A stretch of DNA of 64,000 nt from Leucoraja erinacea (lineage: Eukaryota): positions 40,486,001 through 40,550,000 of the forward strand of contig NC_073389.1 in the NCBI RefSeq assembly GCF_028641065.1. The letters are read 5' to 3'. Position numbers and translations under genes: made by a program. The number at the start of each line of letters is the position of its first letter. The first letter of the stretch is position 1. A model generated the notes under the pieces. That model was not told the origin of the DNA. It did no database searches and was given only the letters and a program-made list of their open reading frames with translations. Below, in pieces: positions 52,071-64,000 of this stretch.

Positions 52071-52647
52071 TTTTTATGGCCCACATTGAATCCAGAATTT
52101 ATCCACTGCTTTCATAATATGTTTTAATAGGATAATTGTATTGCAATTTATATTCAATAAATTCTAATAGTGACTTGAAGAAAAATATATTTTCTGTGGG
52201 GCATTTGTTAAATACCTCAATCCCCCCCCCTCCCGTATTGGAACGATTGTCTTGGATATATCACCTTGACAAACTATTCTAAAATTGGGTACTTTGTTTT
52301 GACAACTAAAATATATTTTCAAATGCATTTTAAAAGATATTCATTGTGATGTTCATACATTATACTTTATAATATAGGAAGTGGTATGTCTTAAATAGTG
52401 CATTAATCTTTTGTGCTGAATACAATGGTGAATTGCCGTAAGACTTTTGAATCTGGCTAGATGAATTAAGTAATCCAAAAAATGGAGTATTACAATGTTG
52501 TCGTGTAATTAATCAGAGATGTCTTAAACTTATTTCACTTAATTTATGGCTTATACCTGATAAAAAATACAACCCACAATCCATTATTTTCTTTAAAAAG
52601 CATTTTTAAATGTGTTGCCAAGAAGCTATGATTAACTTTTAGTTTAA

Positions 52648-52818
<171 letters not shown>

Positions 52819-53414
52819 TAAGTGACTTTAAAAAAAATATTTTAATTGTTATGATTAGGCTCACTTTACATTTGGATATTTGTAATGCCATATTGGTATA
52901 AAACTGCTGTTTCTAGTTGATTTTGATTTGCACTTTAAACTTCTTTATTATAAAGGAGTATTTGACTTGCATACATTTCTTAATTCCTATATATACATTA
53001 CATTATTAGTTTCTATTTAAAACAATGCATTATTATGTACTTATAGCAAATTATTATATTGAAAATTACAGACTAATATTAAATTTGATTCATCTTAATT
53101 CTGAATATTATCCTTATGTTGAGCCACATAATTTGTGTACACTTGAAGCTTCCCATTTGTCCTTAAATTTAATCTTTTTCACCGTAAGGCATTGTTAAAA
53201 TTTCTATATTAAAGAAGATACACTGATGAAAAATATATATTTTTAATGGGTTTTCTCTCCATGATTTGCAATGCAATGCACTGTTGGCAGCCATCAGTGC
53301 CTGCCTTGGCCCAAATTATAGAATTCCCAATCTCTTTATGTGTTTCCTCCTTTACTACTGCTCCTTAATATCTCCTAATAGACAATAGATGAAGGTCTTC
53401 TTCTTTGTTCCCAA

Positions 53415-53830
53415 TTTGGCCCTTTGAGCCAGCACCGCCAATCACTGTGATCATGGCTGATCATCCACATTCAGTACCCCGTTCCTGCCTTCTCACCATA
53501 TCCCTGACTTTGCTATCTTTAGAGCTCTATCTAACTCTCTCTTGAAAGCATCCAGGGAATTGGCCTCCACTGTCTTCTGAGGCAGAGAATTCCACAGATT
53601 CACAACTCTTTGGATGAAAAAGTATTTCCTAATCTCTGTTCTAAATGGCCTACCCCTTAATCTTAAACCGTGGCCCCTGGTTCTGGACTCCCCCAACATC
53701 AGGAAAATGTTTCCTGCCTCTAGCGTGCCCAATCACTTAATAATCTTATATGTTTCAATAGGATCCCCTCTCATCCTTCTAAATTCCAGAGAATACAAGC
53801 CCAGCTGCTCCATTCCATCAACATATGATA
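53415..53830 (-). mobile_element. CR1-type LINE 3' end
   Basis: SRTRGHGLRLRGRPFRTEIRK.FF.QRVVNLWNSLP. Confidence 0.88.
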
Positions 53831-54026
53831 CATTCAGATTTGGTGTCAGATTTTGTTTCATTTTCTCTGGTGCCTTTGGACATTACATTCCATTAAGCGT
53901 AATATATAAGCAGAAGCAGTAATATTAGTCAGAAACATGACATTTCCACAAAGCTCCTCTGTATATTTACAGTGCTCAATGTTGCATTCAATTTGCTAAT
54001 TTACAAATCCTCCCTTTTCTCCCCAG

Positions 54027-54073
54027 AGAGATTGCATTATCCCAAGAAGGAGAATGTAAGGAGGAACTCATTC
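54027..54073 (+). CDS. TBC1D23: TBC1D23 exon 7 (EIALSQEGECKEELI)
   Basis: 47-nt exon with a strong pyrimidine-rich acceptor and a GTAAGT donor; phase 2 to 1 bridges exons 6 and 8. Confidence 0.9.
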
Positions 54074-54169
54074 GTAAGTATGCCCAATTAAAGTTTTTCT
54101 GAATTAAACTTGCATATTCAAACTATAAATCTAATATAATATGTAATTTTTTTTAAATCATGCGTATAA

Positions 54170-55115
54170 AAGACACAAAGTGTTAGAATAACTCAGCGGG
54201 ACAGCCAGCATCTCAGAAAAACATGGATAGATATTGCTAGGTAAAGGAGGTGTAAAGGGGATGGACGTTCATGGTAAAAGATGAGGTAATAATGGCCTAG
54301 GAATTGAAAATTATCAAAGAGTTGAAGGGAACGTGAGGTGCGTTGGATGTAGGTCGGAAGGGACTGGCTGGGGGATAAGCTGGAATCAAGGTATTTGGAG
54401 ATGTGTTCTATGGGGCAGGAGCAGGCAGGAACAATTGAGTCTGCCGGGGAAATAACGTTTGTGTATTTTGGGAAGGAGATTGATGCAGGGAGTACAGGGC
54501 TGTGGATCTGTATGGTTGGAGGCTGTGGGGAGAAGATCATAGAAACATAGAAAAATAGGTGCAGGAGTAGGCCATTCGGCCCTGAGCAAGCACAGCCATT
54601 CAATATGATCATGGCTGATCATCTAAAATCAGTACCCCTTTGCTGCCTTTTCTCCATATCCCTTGATTCCTTTGGCCCTAAGAGCTAAATCTCTCTTGAA
54701 AACATCCAGTAAATTGGCCTCCACTGCCTTCCGTAGCAGAGAAATCCACAGATTCACAACTCTCTGGGTGATTAAGTTTTTCCTCATCTCAGCCCTAAAT
54801 GGCCTACCCCTTATTCTTAAACTGTGGCCCCTGGTTCTGGAAATCAGAGGTGATGAAATCGGCAACAGTTTGGAAGAGGATGACCTGGTGTTCGTCTGTA
54901 GGACCATGATCAAGCGGTAGGTACGAAGAGGTGTCCAAGAGTTGGTATCTGGCCTCGGCATGGTAGAGATCAGTCTGCCAAATTAAAACGGCGCCTCCCT
55001 TATTGGTGGGTTTTAATATTTGGATTGTTACTGAATGAACTGAGGACTGTGCATTCAGGGAGGGTGAGATTGGAGTGGACAATGGGTGTGGAGAAATCAA
55101 GCCAGTTGATGTCAC
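54170..55115 (-). mobile_element. Penelope-like RT N-terminal remnants with a nested CR1 tail (54538-54840)
   Basis: KP.NKGGAVLIW.TDLY.AEA..QL.DTSSYLPLDH.PT and IV.ACSCP.E.ISKYLDS.LSP peptides. Confidence 0.75.
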
Positions 55116-56767
55116 ACCAGCGACTAAAATAGGAAATGTTCAGAATTTTGTGGTGCTTTAAGAGAGATGAATTTCTGTTTCGTATATTTTCCCTTGCATT
55201 GTATTATGAGTATAGAACTAGTTTTCTATTACACTTGTACTTCAAGCACTGTTTCTTCTGCAGTTAGCTGATTTGTCACAGCATTAATGGTTTGACTATC
55301 ATGCAAATTAGACTTTTGCCAGAATGTTTCCTTTGAGTGTCATTGATCGGCTAATTGCTGAGGCAGAGAATTATTCACATGATGCTGACCTGTTATTAGC
55401 TGTCTGCATAATACAGGTTTAGCTCTTCCACAGGGAGATATTGAAAGTAGTTTTCTTTAGATCGATGCGTAATTTCAATTTTAGACTTGCTTTTAAATCC
55501 ATGTTGGCCAGAAATTGTAACGAGTCAAACCTGTATTTCCCCCTATGGCTTCTGGGATGAAGGATTTTAGTTACGTGCTCAGACTGAAGATGCTGGCGGG
55601 GTTCTCCTTGGAACAGAGGGGATTCAGAAGGGATTACGAAGGATCCATAGTTGACAGAGAAAAGCTGGTTGGGGCTTCAAGACGGAGAGGATGTTGAATG
55701 AATGAAATTGATATAAGATTTGAAGTGTCTTGAGGAAAGGAATTTAGAATCTGGAAAGAACTACTGGGGTGTATTGAAGGCAGATTTAGTCGTGATGTTT
55801 AAATGAGAGCTGGATATGTCTTTGTAAGGATATAATTTGCAGGGCTGCAGGAAAAGTGTAAGATAGAAAGATTAACTGGATTGCAATTGTACAGAGCTGC
55901 CACAACAAGGTTAGGTCAAATGGACACTTTCCACGTGAAATCGGCTGTGTGGAATGTAATGGTGAGTAAATACATCTGACTGCACTTATTTTCAGCTAGC
56001 AACTCTGTGGTGTTTCACACCAGCACATTGCATCATGAAAATCAGGAGAAAACATTGGGGATCAAATATGGAAGCTTCCCGTTGCAACACTAATGGACTC
56101 AATGTTGAGTCGACTGGTGAAATTCATTCGTCCAAAGCTAAGGGATGCTTTTTGCCGATAACACTACCCCATCCATTAAGTAAATTCAAGTAATTTGTTG
56201 GTTCTCCTAATTAGACCCGAACAGAAACGTCACCTATCCATGTTCTCCAGGGATGATCCCTAACCCGCTGAGTTACTTCAGCACTTTCTTCCAGCAATTT
56301 GGTTTTTGCACAAGATTCCAGCATCTGCATTCTCTTGTGCCTCCACTATTTTTCCTGTCAGTTACTTCAGAAGAAGTTCAAGCTTAAAATTGTTAACTCC
56401 CTGCAAGTATTTTTTTTAATTTTACGAATAGGTACTTTAAAACTTTTTAAAATCTATTTTTGAGTTGTCTTTAATTATTTGTTTTATGATTGAAATTTTG
56501 AGCTGCTGATTCAACTGTTGCAATGAATATGTATGAAATCTGCCAGGTGTATGCCATAAATATTTAAGTAGACTTAAGCAGTACCTCTCTTGATTTATAA
56601 TTAAGGCCAATGCAAATGTATTTATTACATTGTTTGTTTGGTTCATGCCGGTGTGACGTCAATAGGTCCACATCACTACAAAACCCCATTGTTGTAGGGA
56701 TTTCGTGTTGGTTTATCCTTTTCCTTTTTTGTTGTCCGAATGTGTGAGATCATTGCAGTATGCTTAA

Positions 56768-56890
<123 letters not shown>

Positions 56891-59142
56891 TGAAAATCAA
56901 GTAATGGGGGCTTTTGATAGGTAAATGTCAACTAAGGATACAAACAAGATTCAAGTAAGGCAGATTTCCGTCAAATAATGTGCATGTTTTTTGTAAAAGA
57001 AAGAAATCATCAACGTTAAACCAATAGTTTGCACTTTTCAATCTGCAAACTATTTGAAAATATAAGAATATGGGAAAACAAGATTTTTTTGCTATGTTTA
57101 AAATTAACCAGAGTTAAAATGCAAAATGCTTTCCATCACAACAAAAGTATCTTGAGTTTGTTTGAGAAAGTGGGCCATGCTTTCATCTAAAGCCAAAATA
57201 TGAGAAATGATAAGCTGATATCAAAAGATCGGAGACCATTGTAATGCAGACATGGATGTCAACTGTAAATCAAACTGTAGTGTGCCCTCTGTCTCCTTTG
57301 GTACTTCAAGCATCTTAGGTTGTTCCTCTTATCTTCCTTTACATTTACAATTTTCTCTCTCCCAGCAAAAATACAATTAAAAAATTCTCCCCAAGATAGC
57401 CCACATTCCCTTCTTATCTTTTGCCTCCATGCAAACGTGCTACCTGTTTAACTTTACCACCTCGATTTGCTTTGCTACTCCCATCGTCTCAAACACACGT
57501 CCACTTCCAATCACTTCTCTTTGTCATTTTCCACCCTAATTCTCCTTTTTCCTCTCCACTCTTTTCTAATTCCTCCCCCCCCCCCAGATAAGTGCTCTCA
57601 CTTCTATTTTGAACCCGAACCATGCATGTGCCTCTCATTGCCATGGGACATGGACAAGTGTAGCTCTATCATGGTAAACCTTCTTGGATAAATTCATCTG
57701 TCAAACTATATTTTGTATTTGGTGTCTTTGTGTTTTCCAGTTGTAGAGGATCAATGACTGCTCCCATTACAGCCAATCCTTAGGTAATGATTAGAACCAT
57801 TGTGGAGACTTGGATGGCTCATGGGGAGAAGAAAAGGCGAGCATAGTTTCATATAAAATAAGTAATGTATAGGGAATAAAGTAATTTGTATATCGTAACC
57901 TCACAGTTTGAAGACAATTTTCAATGGTTATTTAATGTTCATTAGAAAATCCTTGTCTCTCTCATGTGGCTCGGAGTCATGCAGCTGAACCTTTTTTCAT
58001 TCACAGCAGCCTTGAATCATGTGGAATCTGAAGCCAAATCTTAAGTGCACTCCCATGTAACAGAACATCACTAATTTTGAACCATATTAGCAGGTCAATA
58101 ATTTTGCAAGGATTAAATTATACAAGAGATAGGCAGATTATTAGCATTGGATTAGGTTAAAAGAACACTTTTCTATTTATATGTGTTTTAGCAGGTATTT
58201 TAGCTACTAGATTACTTTTAAAATAGACTCTGTTAGATTTGATTTTTCTGTCAGTATGCATAGAGCATGATCCTATAAAAAATGAACCACATTTCCAGAA
58301 AAAACTTGATAATGTTTTGCAGGGCAGATGCTGATAAGCTCATAAGACGTAAGAGCAAATTAGGCCATTTGGCCCATCGTGTCTGCTCCACCATTCGATC
58401 GCGGCTGATCTATTTTTCCCTTTCAACCTCATTCTCCTGCCTCTCCAAAACCTTTGACACTCTTACTAATGAAGATCCTATCAATCCCCACTTTAAAAGT
58501 ACCCGATGACTTGGCACCCTCCACCATTTGTGGCAATGAAATCTGGCTAAGAAAACTCCATATGGATAAAATCCATCTCCAATGTCTAAGATAGAATCAT
58601 GGATTTTTTTATCTCTATAGTTTCAGCCGATAGATCATGCAACACTTCCCTCGTGATTCCATTAAGCTAAGAACTTGGATCATGTGCTGGTATCTCTGGA
58701 GAACCTACAACTATTACTCAAAAGTAAGGATTCTGCTGGGCCAAGACAGATTCTGAGTGTTGTTGCAAATGCCTGTTATTGGGGTACCGCAAAACAGAGC
58801 TTTATTCTATATCTCACCTTTAACTACCTTGTTCTGACCACAAATTCAAAAAGTGAAATTATATCATTATTTTTCTGCCCTGACTTCCCTTATTTTAATA
58901 AACATCAAAATTCATAACAAATGACTAATAAAGAATTGGACATTTTCTTTTATCGAATAGCAACATTTTTAAGGAAAGTGGAAGTCTTCCTTGCATCTTG
59001 ATTTGTAATCTCCAAAGTTTAAGTTGTTTTCACTTTTCCAGTGTTTTTTGTGAATCATATGTTCTATACGACCTCCAGTTCAATTGCTAATATTTAGCAG
59101 CTGCACAACTATTGCTGTATAGCTGTTGACAGCGATTGTTAA

Positions 59143-59334
<192 letters not shown>

Positions 59335-59919
59335 TGAATAGTGTTAGTGAGTAAGGGAGGAAAGAACAAAAGGGAAGGTCAGATAGTACTGAAGGTGCTT
59401 GTGCAAATATCAAAAGAGATTATGATGATATGTAAAAGTAAATGGAACAATTAAAAAAAGCAAAAGATAGGTTAAGCAGACATTAATTGGAAATGCCAGA
59501 ATCATTGCAGGAACTGCTGTTCAAAAAAAATCTATTCATTATAGTTTGATGGCACAAAACATCAAAAGATGATGCATTACTTTTGCTGTTTGATTGTATA
59601 ATTTTTATTTAATGACCTCACTTGTTTAAATGAAAACAGATTCTTCACAACCACAAACATTTCATCTTGCCCTAAACCATAATTGTATTCAGTTTTGCAT
59701 TACCACACACAGAGGAAAAGCAATAGTTTTGTTGGCTTAAAAATTTACAACAGCTTTATTAACCTCCGATTAGATATTTGCTTTACAGTTGCAGGATGAT
59801 GTGATAGTTTGATAAAATTGCATTGAGATATCAATATTATAAAAATACAATGGAACTATGAAACAGTAAATGCTGGTACCACTCTGGTTCAGCAACATCA
59901 GTGGGGGAGAAGCAAGGTT

Positions 59920-59979
59920 ACTCAATGATCTTTCCTCGTGACTCAATGATCTTTCCTCGTGACTCATTGATCTTTCCTC
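59920..59979 (+). repeat. 21-bp minisatellite, about 2.9 copies
   Basis: ACTCAATGATCTTTCCTCGTG repeated. Confidence 0.9.
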
Positions 59980-60049
59980 AGAAATAAGAATGTTTAGATA
60001 AAAAGATGGCATCATTTAGTATTGGGATTCTTTAGTATATAGTAAGTAA

Positions 60050-60220
<171 letters not shown>

Positions 60221-60997
60221 TAAATGTAAAGTATTGGATAAATGTATTTATAGCATACATGTACGAAGGTTATTTATATGGGGAGATTTATTGTGTTTTA
60301 TTTTTGGATTCCTTATTGGGAGTTTCTAGACAATGTGAGATATTTGCCTGCCTTGCAGGTTCAATTTCCATTAGATTTCACGCAGGGGCTCTGTTACTGG
60401 AAAGTTTGGAAGGAGCTTTTAAAGGAACCTTTGGAAATTCCATGAATCAGCACATAGACATATGGACTAGGACAGTTCTAAATTAAAAAAATTAAACCTC
60501 ATTGATCCTTAGTAAGGTTCTGTTGGGACATTTTGTACTGTTTTGGACTCAAGGGAATTATTTCCTGGTTTTGATCATCAAGTTAAGGAAACGATCTCAG
60601 CGCTAAACTGAATTTTATTTCAGACAAAATGTCTGCTTCAATTTTTAATATGTTGAGGATGGATAATATAAATACAGCGTAAAGGCAGTGGGCATATGAC
60701 TAGCAAGCCTATAAACTGGATTTTTGTTTTTCATTTGAGTATATGGTAGTTGAGCAAAAGTGGTAAATCTGTTTATAAAAAATAATTATATACATTTCAG
60801 AGTTATTTGAGATCACAAATGTATTATCAATGGATGGTGATTTTCCCAAAGAACTTTGTAAAAATTAGTCATTTTCTTAAGCTTCATAAAGGAAACCTGA
60901 AATTAACGCAACCACAATTCAAATATGTTTTGTATAAATTTTTGGACTAATTTTCATCTTTATGTAAAATGCACCGCAATCTGAAATGTGTTCGTAA

Positions 60998-61213
<216 letters not shown>

Positions 61214-61721
61214 TGATATAACATGGACATAGACATCCTGATCATAGAGGAAATGTAAAATTCAAAGACCATTCAATGTTTTAAGAATTCATATTTTACC
61301 TTTGCAAAACAACCTGTTTGCATCGGGTTGTATAAATATGTTGAGTATAAAAAAAACTTATTGAGAATGAAATTTTCATTGTGCACAATATATACACAGG
61401 TGACCCTGATATTTCAGGAAGCCTTGTAAGTGTACATCTGAAAATATTTTCAAGGAAGAAATGTTTTTGTTTGCATCTTACGGTTCTTTTTACAAATGAT
61501 AAAATATAGTAAAATGCTTGCCTTTGACCCTTTTCTGACCCTGCATATGCTTGATATTCAAATATGCAACAGTGTAACAAAAAGTGTAGGAAAGAACTGC
61601 AATGCTGGTTTAAATCAAAGGTAGACACAAAATGCTGGAGTAACTCAGCGGGACAAGCAGCATCTCTGGAGAGATGGAATGGGTGACCTTTCGGGTCGCG
61701 ACCCTTCAGACTGAATCAGAC

Positions 61722-62973
61722 CCTTTGCTCTGCCAGGCCTGTATTGCAGCCATCTTTAGCTTATGCTTGTTTTGGGGGCTAGTCCCCTTCAGTTTAATCT
61801 CCAGCATATAAAAGGCATGCTCAATTGGGTTCTGATCGGGCGATTGACGGTCACTCAAGAATTTACAATTTTTTTGCTTTGAAAAACTCCTTTGTTGCTT
61901 TAGTAGTATGTTTGGGATCATTGTCTTGCTGTAGAATGAACTGCCGGCCAATGAGTTTTGAGGCATTTGTTTGAACATGAGCAGATAGGATGTGTCTATA
62001 CACTTCAGAATTCATTATACTATTACTATCAGCAGTTGTATCATCAATAAACTGAGCCAGTACCTTCAGCAGCCATACATGCCCAGGCCATAACACCCCC
62101 ACCACTGTGTTTCACAGATGAGGTGGTATGCTTTGGATCTTGAGCAGTTCCTTTTCTCCTCCATACTTTGCTCTTGCCATCACTCTGATATACGTTAATC
62201 TTTGTCACATCTGTCCACAAGACCTTTTTCCAGAAATGTGGTTACTCTTTTAAGTACTTCTTGGCAAACTGTAACCTCGCCATCCTATTTTGCGGCTAAC
62301 CAGTGGTTTGCACCTTCCAATGTAGCCTCTGTATTTCTGTTCATGAAGTCTTCTGTGGACAGTGGTCATTGACAACTCCACACCTGACTCCTGAAGAGCG
62401 TTTCTGATCTGTCGGACAGGTGTTTGGGGATTTTTCTTTATTATAGAGAGAATTCTTCTGTCACCAGCTGTGGAGGTCTTCCTTGGCCTGCCAGTCCCTT
62501 TGCGATTAATAAGCTCACCGGTGCTCTCTTTCTTCTTAATGATGTTGCAAACAGTTGATTTTGTTAAGCCTAGGGTTTGGCTGATGTCTCTTAACAGTTT
62601 TATTCTTGTTTCTCAGTCTCATAATGGCTTGTTTGATTTTCATTGGCGCAACTTTGGTCCTCATGTTGATAAACAGCAATAAAGGTTTAGGTGCTGAGAG
62701 CCCTCATACCTGCATTAAGGAGGCACCTGAGCAATTACAAACACCATATGTCCCACACATTATGGTGCCCTGAAATGGAGGGACTATGTATAAACACAGC
62801 TGTAATTTCTACATGGTGAAACCAAAATGTATAAATTATACCCTTTAATAAAATCTGACAATGTGCACTTTAACCACATGTGATTTTTTTTCTATTACAA
62901 ATCTCAAATTAAGGAGTGCAGAGGCAAATAAATAGATGAAGGGTTTTTGTCCCAAACATTATGGATGGCACTG
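61722..62973 (-). mobile_element. Tc1-family transposon (DD34E transposase pseudogene with left IR/DR)
   Basis: VLWTD.TKIN, KH.GGGVM.W.C, QQDNDPKH and SPD.NPIEH motifs spread across frames; terminal ...GGCACTG|TA; same family as 32640. Confidence 0.9.
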
Positions 62974-63035
62974 TATGTATGTTATGATTATGCTCAATAT
63001 TTAAATGTTATTTAAATATTTCTGTTCTACTCTAG

Positions 63036-63079
63036 AAAAACAAAGAATATGTGTAGCATTGCAAGAGGAGGTTTCATGG
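63036..63079 (+). CDS. TBC1D23: TBC1D23 exon 12 (KNKEYV/SIARGGFM) with an apparent +1 frameshift
   Basis: tctag acceptor; G|GTAAGT donor; 44 nt instead of the 43 needed for KNKEYVSIARGGFM+1; in-frame TAG at 63054 as written. Confidence 0.85.
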
Positions 63080-64000
63080 GTAAGTTCTCAAAATCTGATT
63101 ATTACTTCATTTTATTCAACAGCAAATCAAATTGATACTGCAATGAAGTATTGAAGTTATTGATCAAATTCCCACTTTATTGACAAAAGCACATCCCAAC
63201 CATACTCCATAATTTAATTTGATTGGAAATATATATATAAATATTCAAGATATTCTTGCCAAGTATTTTGTGCATACATTTCCATTTTAGATTGATTGGC
63301 CAAAAATTGCTCATTCTGGTTCCATTCATGCTTCATTCTTTGTAATCAATCTATCGGCTTCAACGCTGCTGTTTTGATGATGTTACTACAGAAATTGTGC
63401 AATTAAAAAAATATTTATGTGTAAGTTAATTGGCCTCTGTAAATTGCCTCCAGTGTGTAGTAAGTAGATGAGAAAGTGGGATAACCTAAAATTAGTGTGA
63501 ATGGGTGATGATCGTTGGTCGATGTGGACCAAACTAAACTATGGCTATTGTGTTCACAAATTTTGTCAGTTTTATGACGATGCTATTCAGCAGTCACTTC
63601 ATTAATTTTTTTAAATTTTAGTTATCATGTGCTTTCAACTTTTGTCGCCATATTAATGTTACTTTGCAGGTTTTATAGAGTGCATGGTTGTCCATTCACC
63701 GACCTTTCATTTCTCAGTTAGCATGCCATTTTTTGAAGGCAGACCCTTCCTTCATTGTTTTACGTAAAGGATTATGCAGCACAAGTAAGAAAGGATACAC
63801 TCAACAATTTAAAGTATCTATTCAGAAAAGTCATTAATTAACTTTTGGAATCGCACCATACTTTCTCCGAAGGTTGTGGTTTGGAATGACCAGTCTTAGA
63901 TTGAAGAACTGTTTAATTAAATCACCGGTGAAAATGAGGCATACTTAATATATTTTTGATAGCAATTAGGAATTGTTGAGCATGAGGAAAGGGCGGCACG

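Noticed and set aside
59920-59979. CRISPR-like short repeats
   Set aside because: Head-to-tail with no spacers, in a vertebrate intron; a simple minisatellite

Overview
Eukaryotic, intron-rich DNA. The repeat repertoire (HE1/V-SINEs, CR1/HER1-type tails, Penelope-like elements) points to a cartilaginous fish, probably a skate or ray; this is an inference. I reconstructed two + strand spliced genes by hand. (1) A six-coding-exon gene (5849-17140, 264 aa) whose product is collinear with the Cut8/Sts1 nuclear proteasome tether/import family. That family is characterised in yeasts and Drosophila and, to my knowledge, has no recognised mammalian member; this is the top finding. (2) TBC1D23 exons 1-12 (23568-63079, continuing past the window), with an apparent 1-nt insertion in exon 12. 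A candidate minus-strand first exon/promoter lies at about 1054-1370. Introns carry Penelope-derived elements with hammerhead-ribozyme-like cores (often palindromic, with 11-16 bp TSDs), Rex1/Babar and CR1 LINE fragments, V-SINEs, Tc1 remnants, Tigger-like MITEs with GC-rich cargo and Harbinger-like MITEs. Most listed ORFs are repeat-derived or chance ORFs. Family assignments come from recalled motifs, not from database searches.
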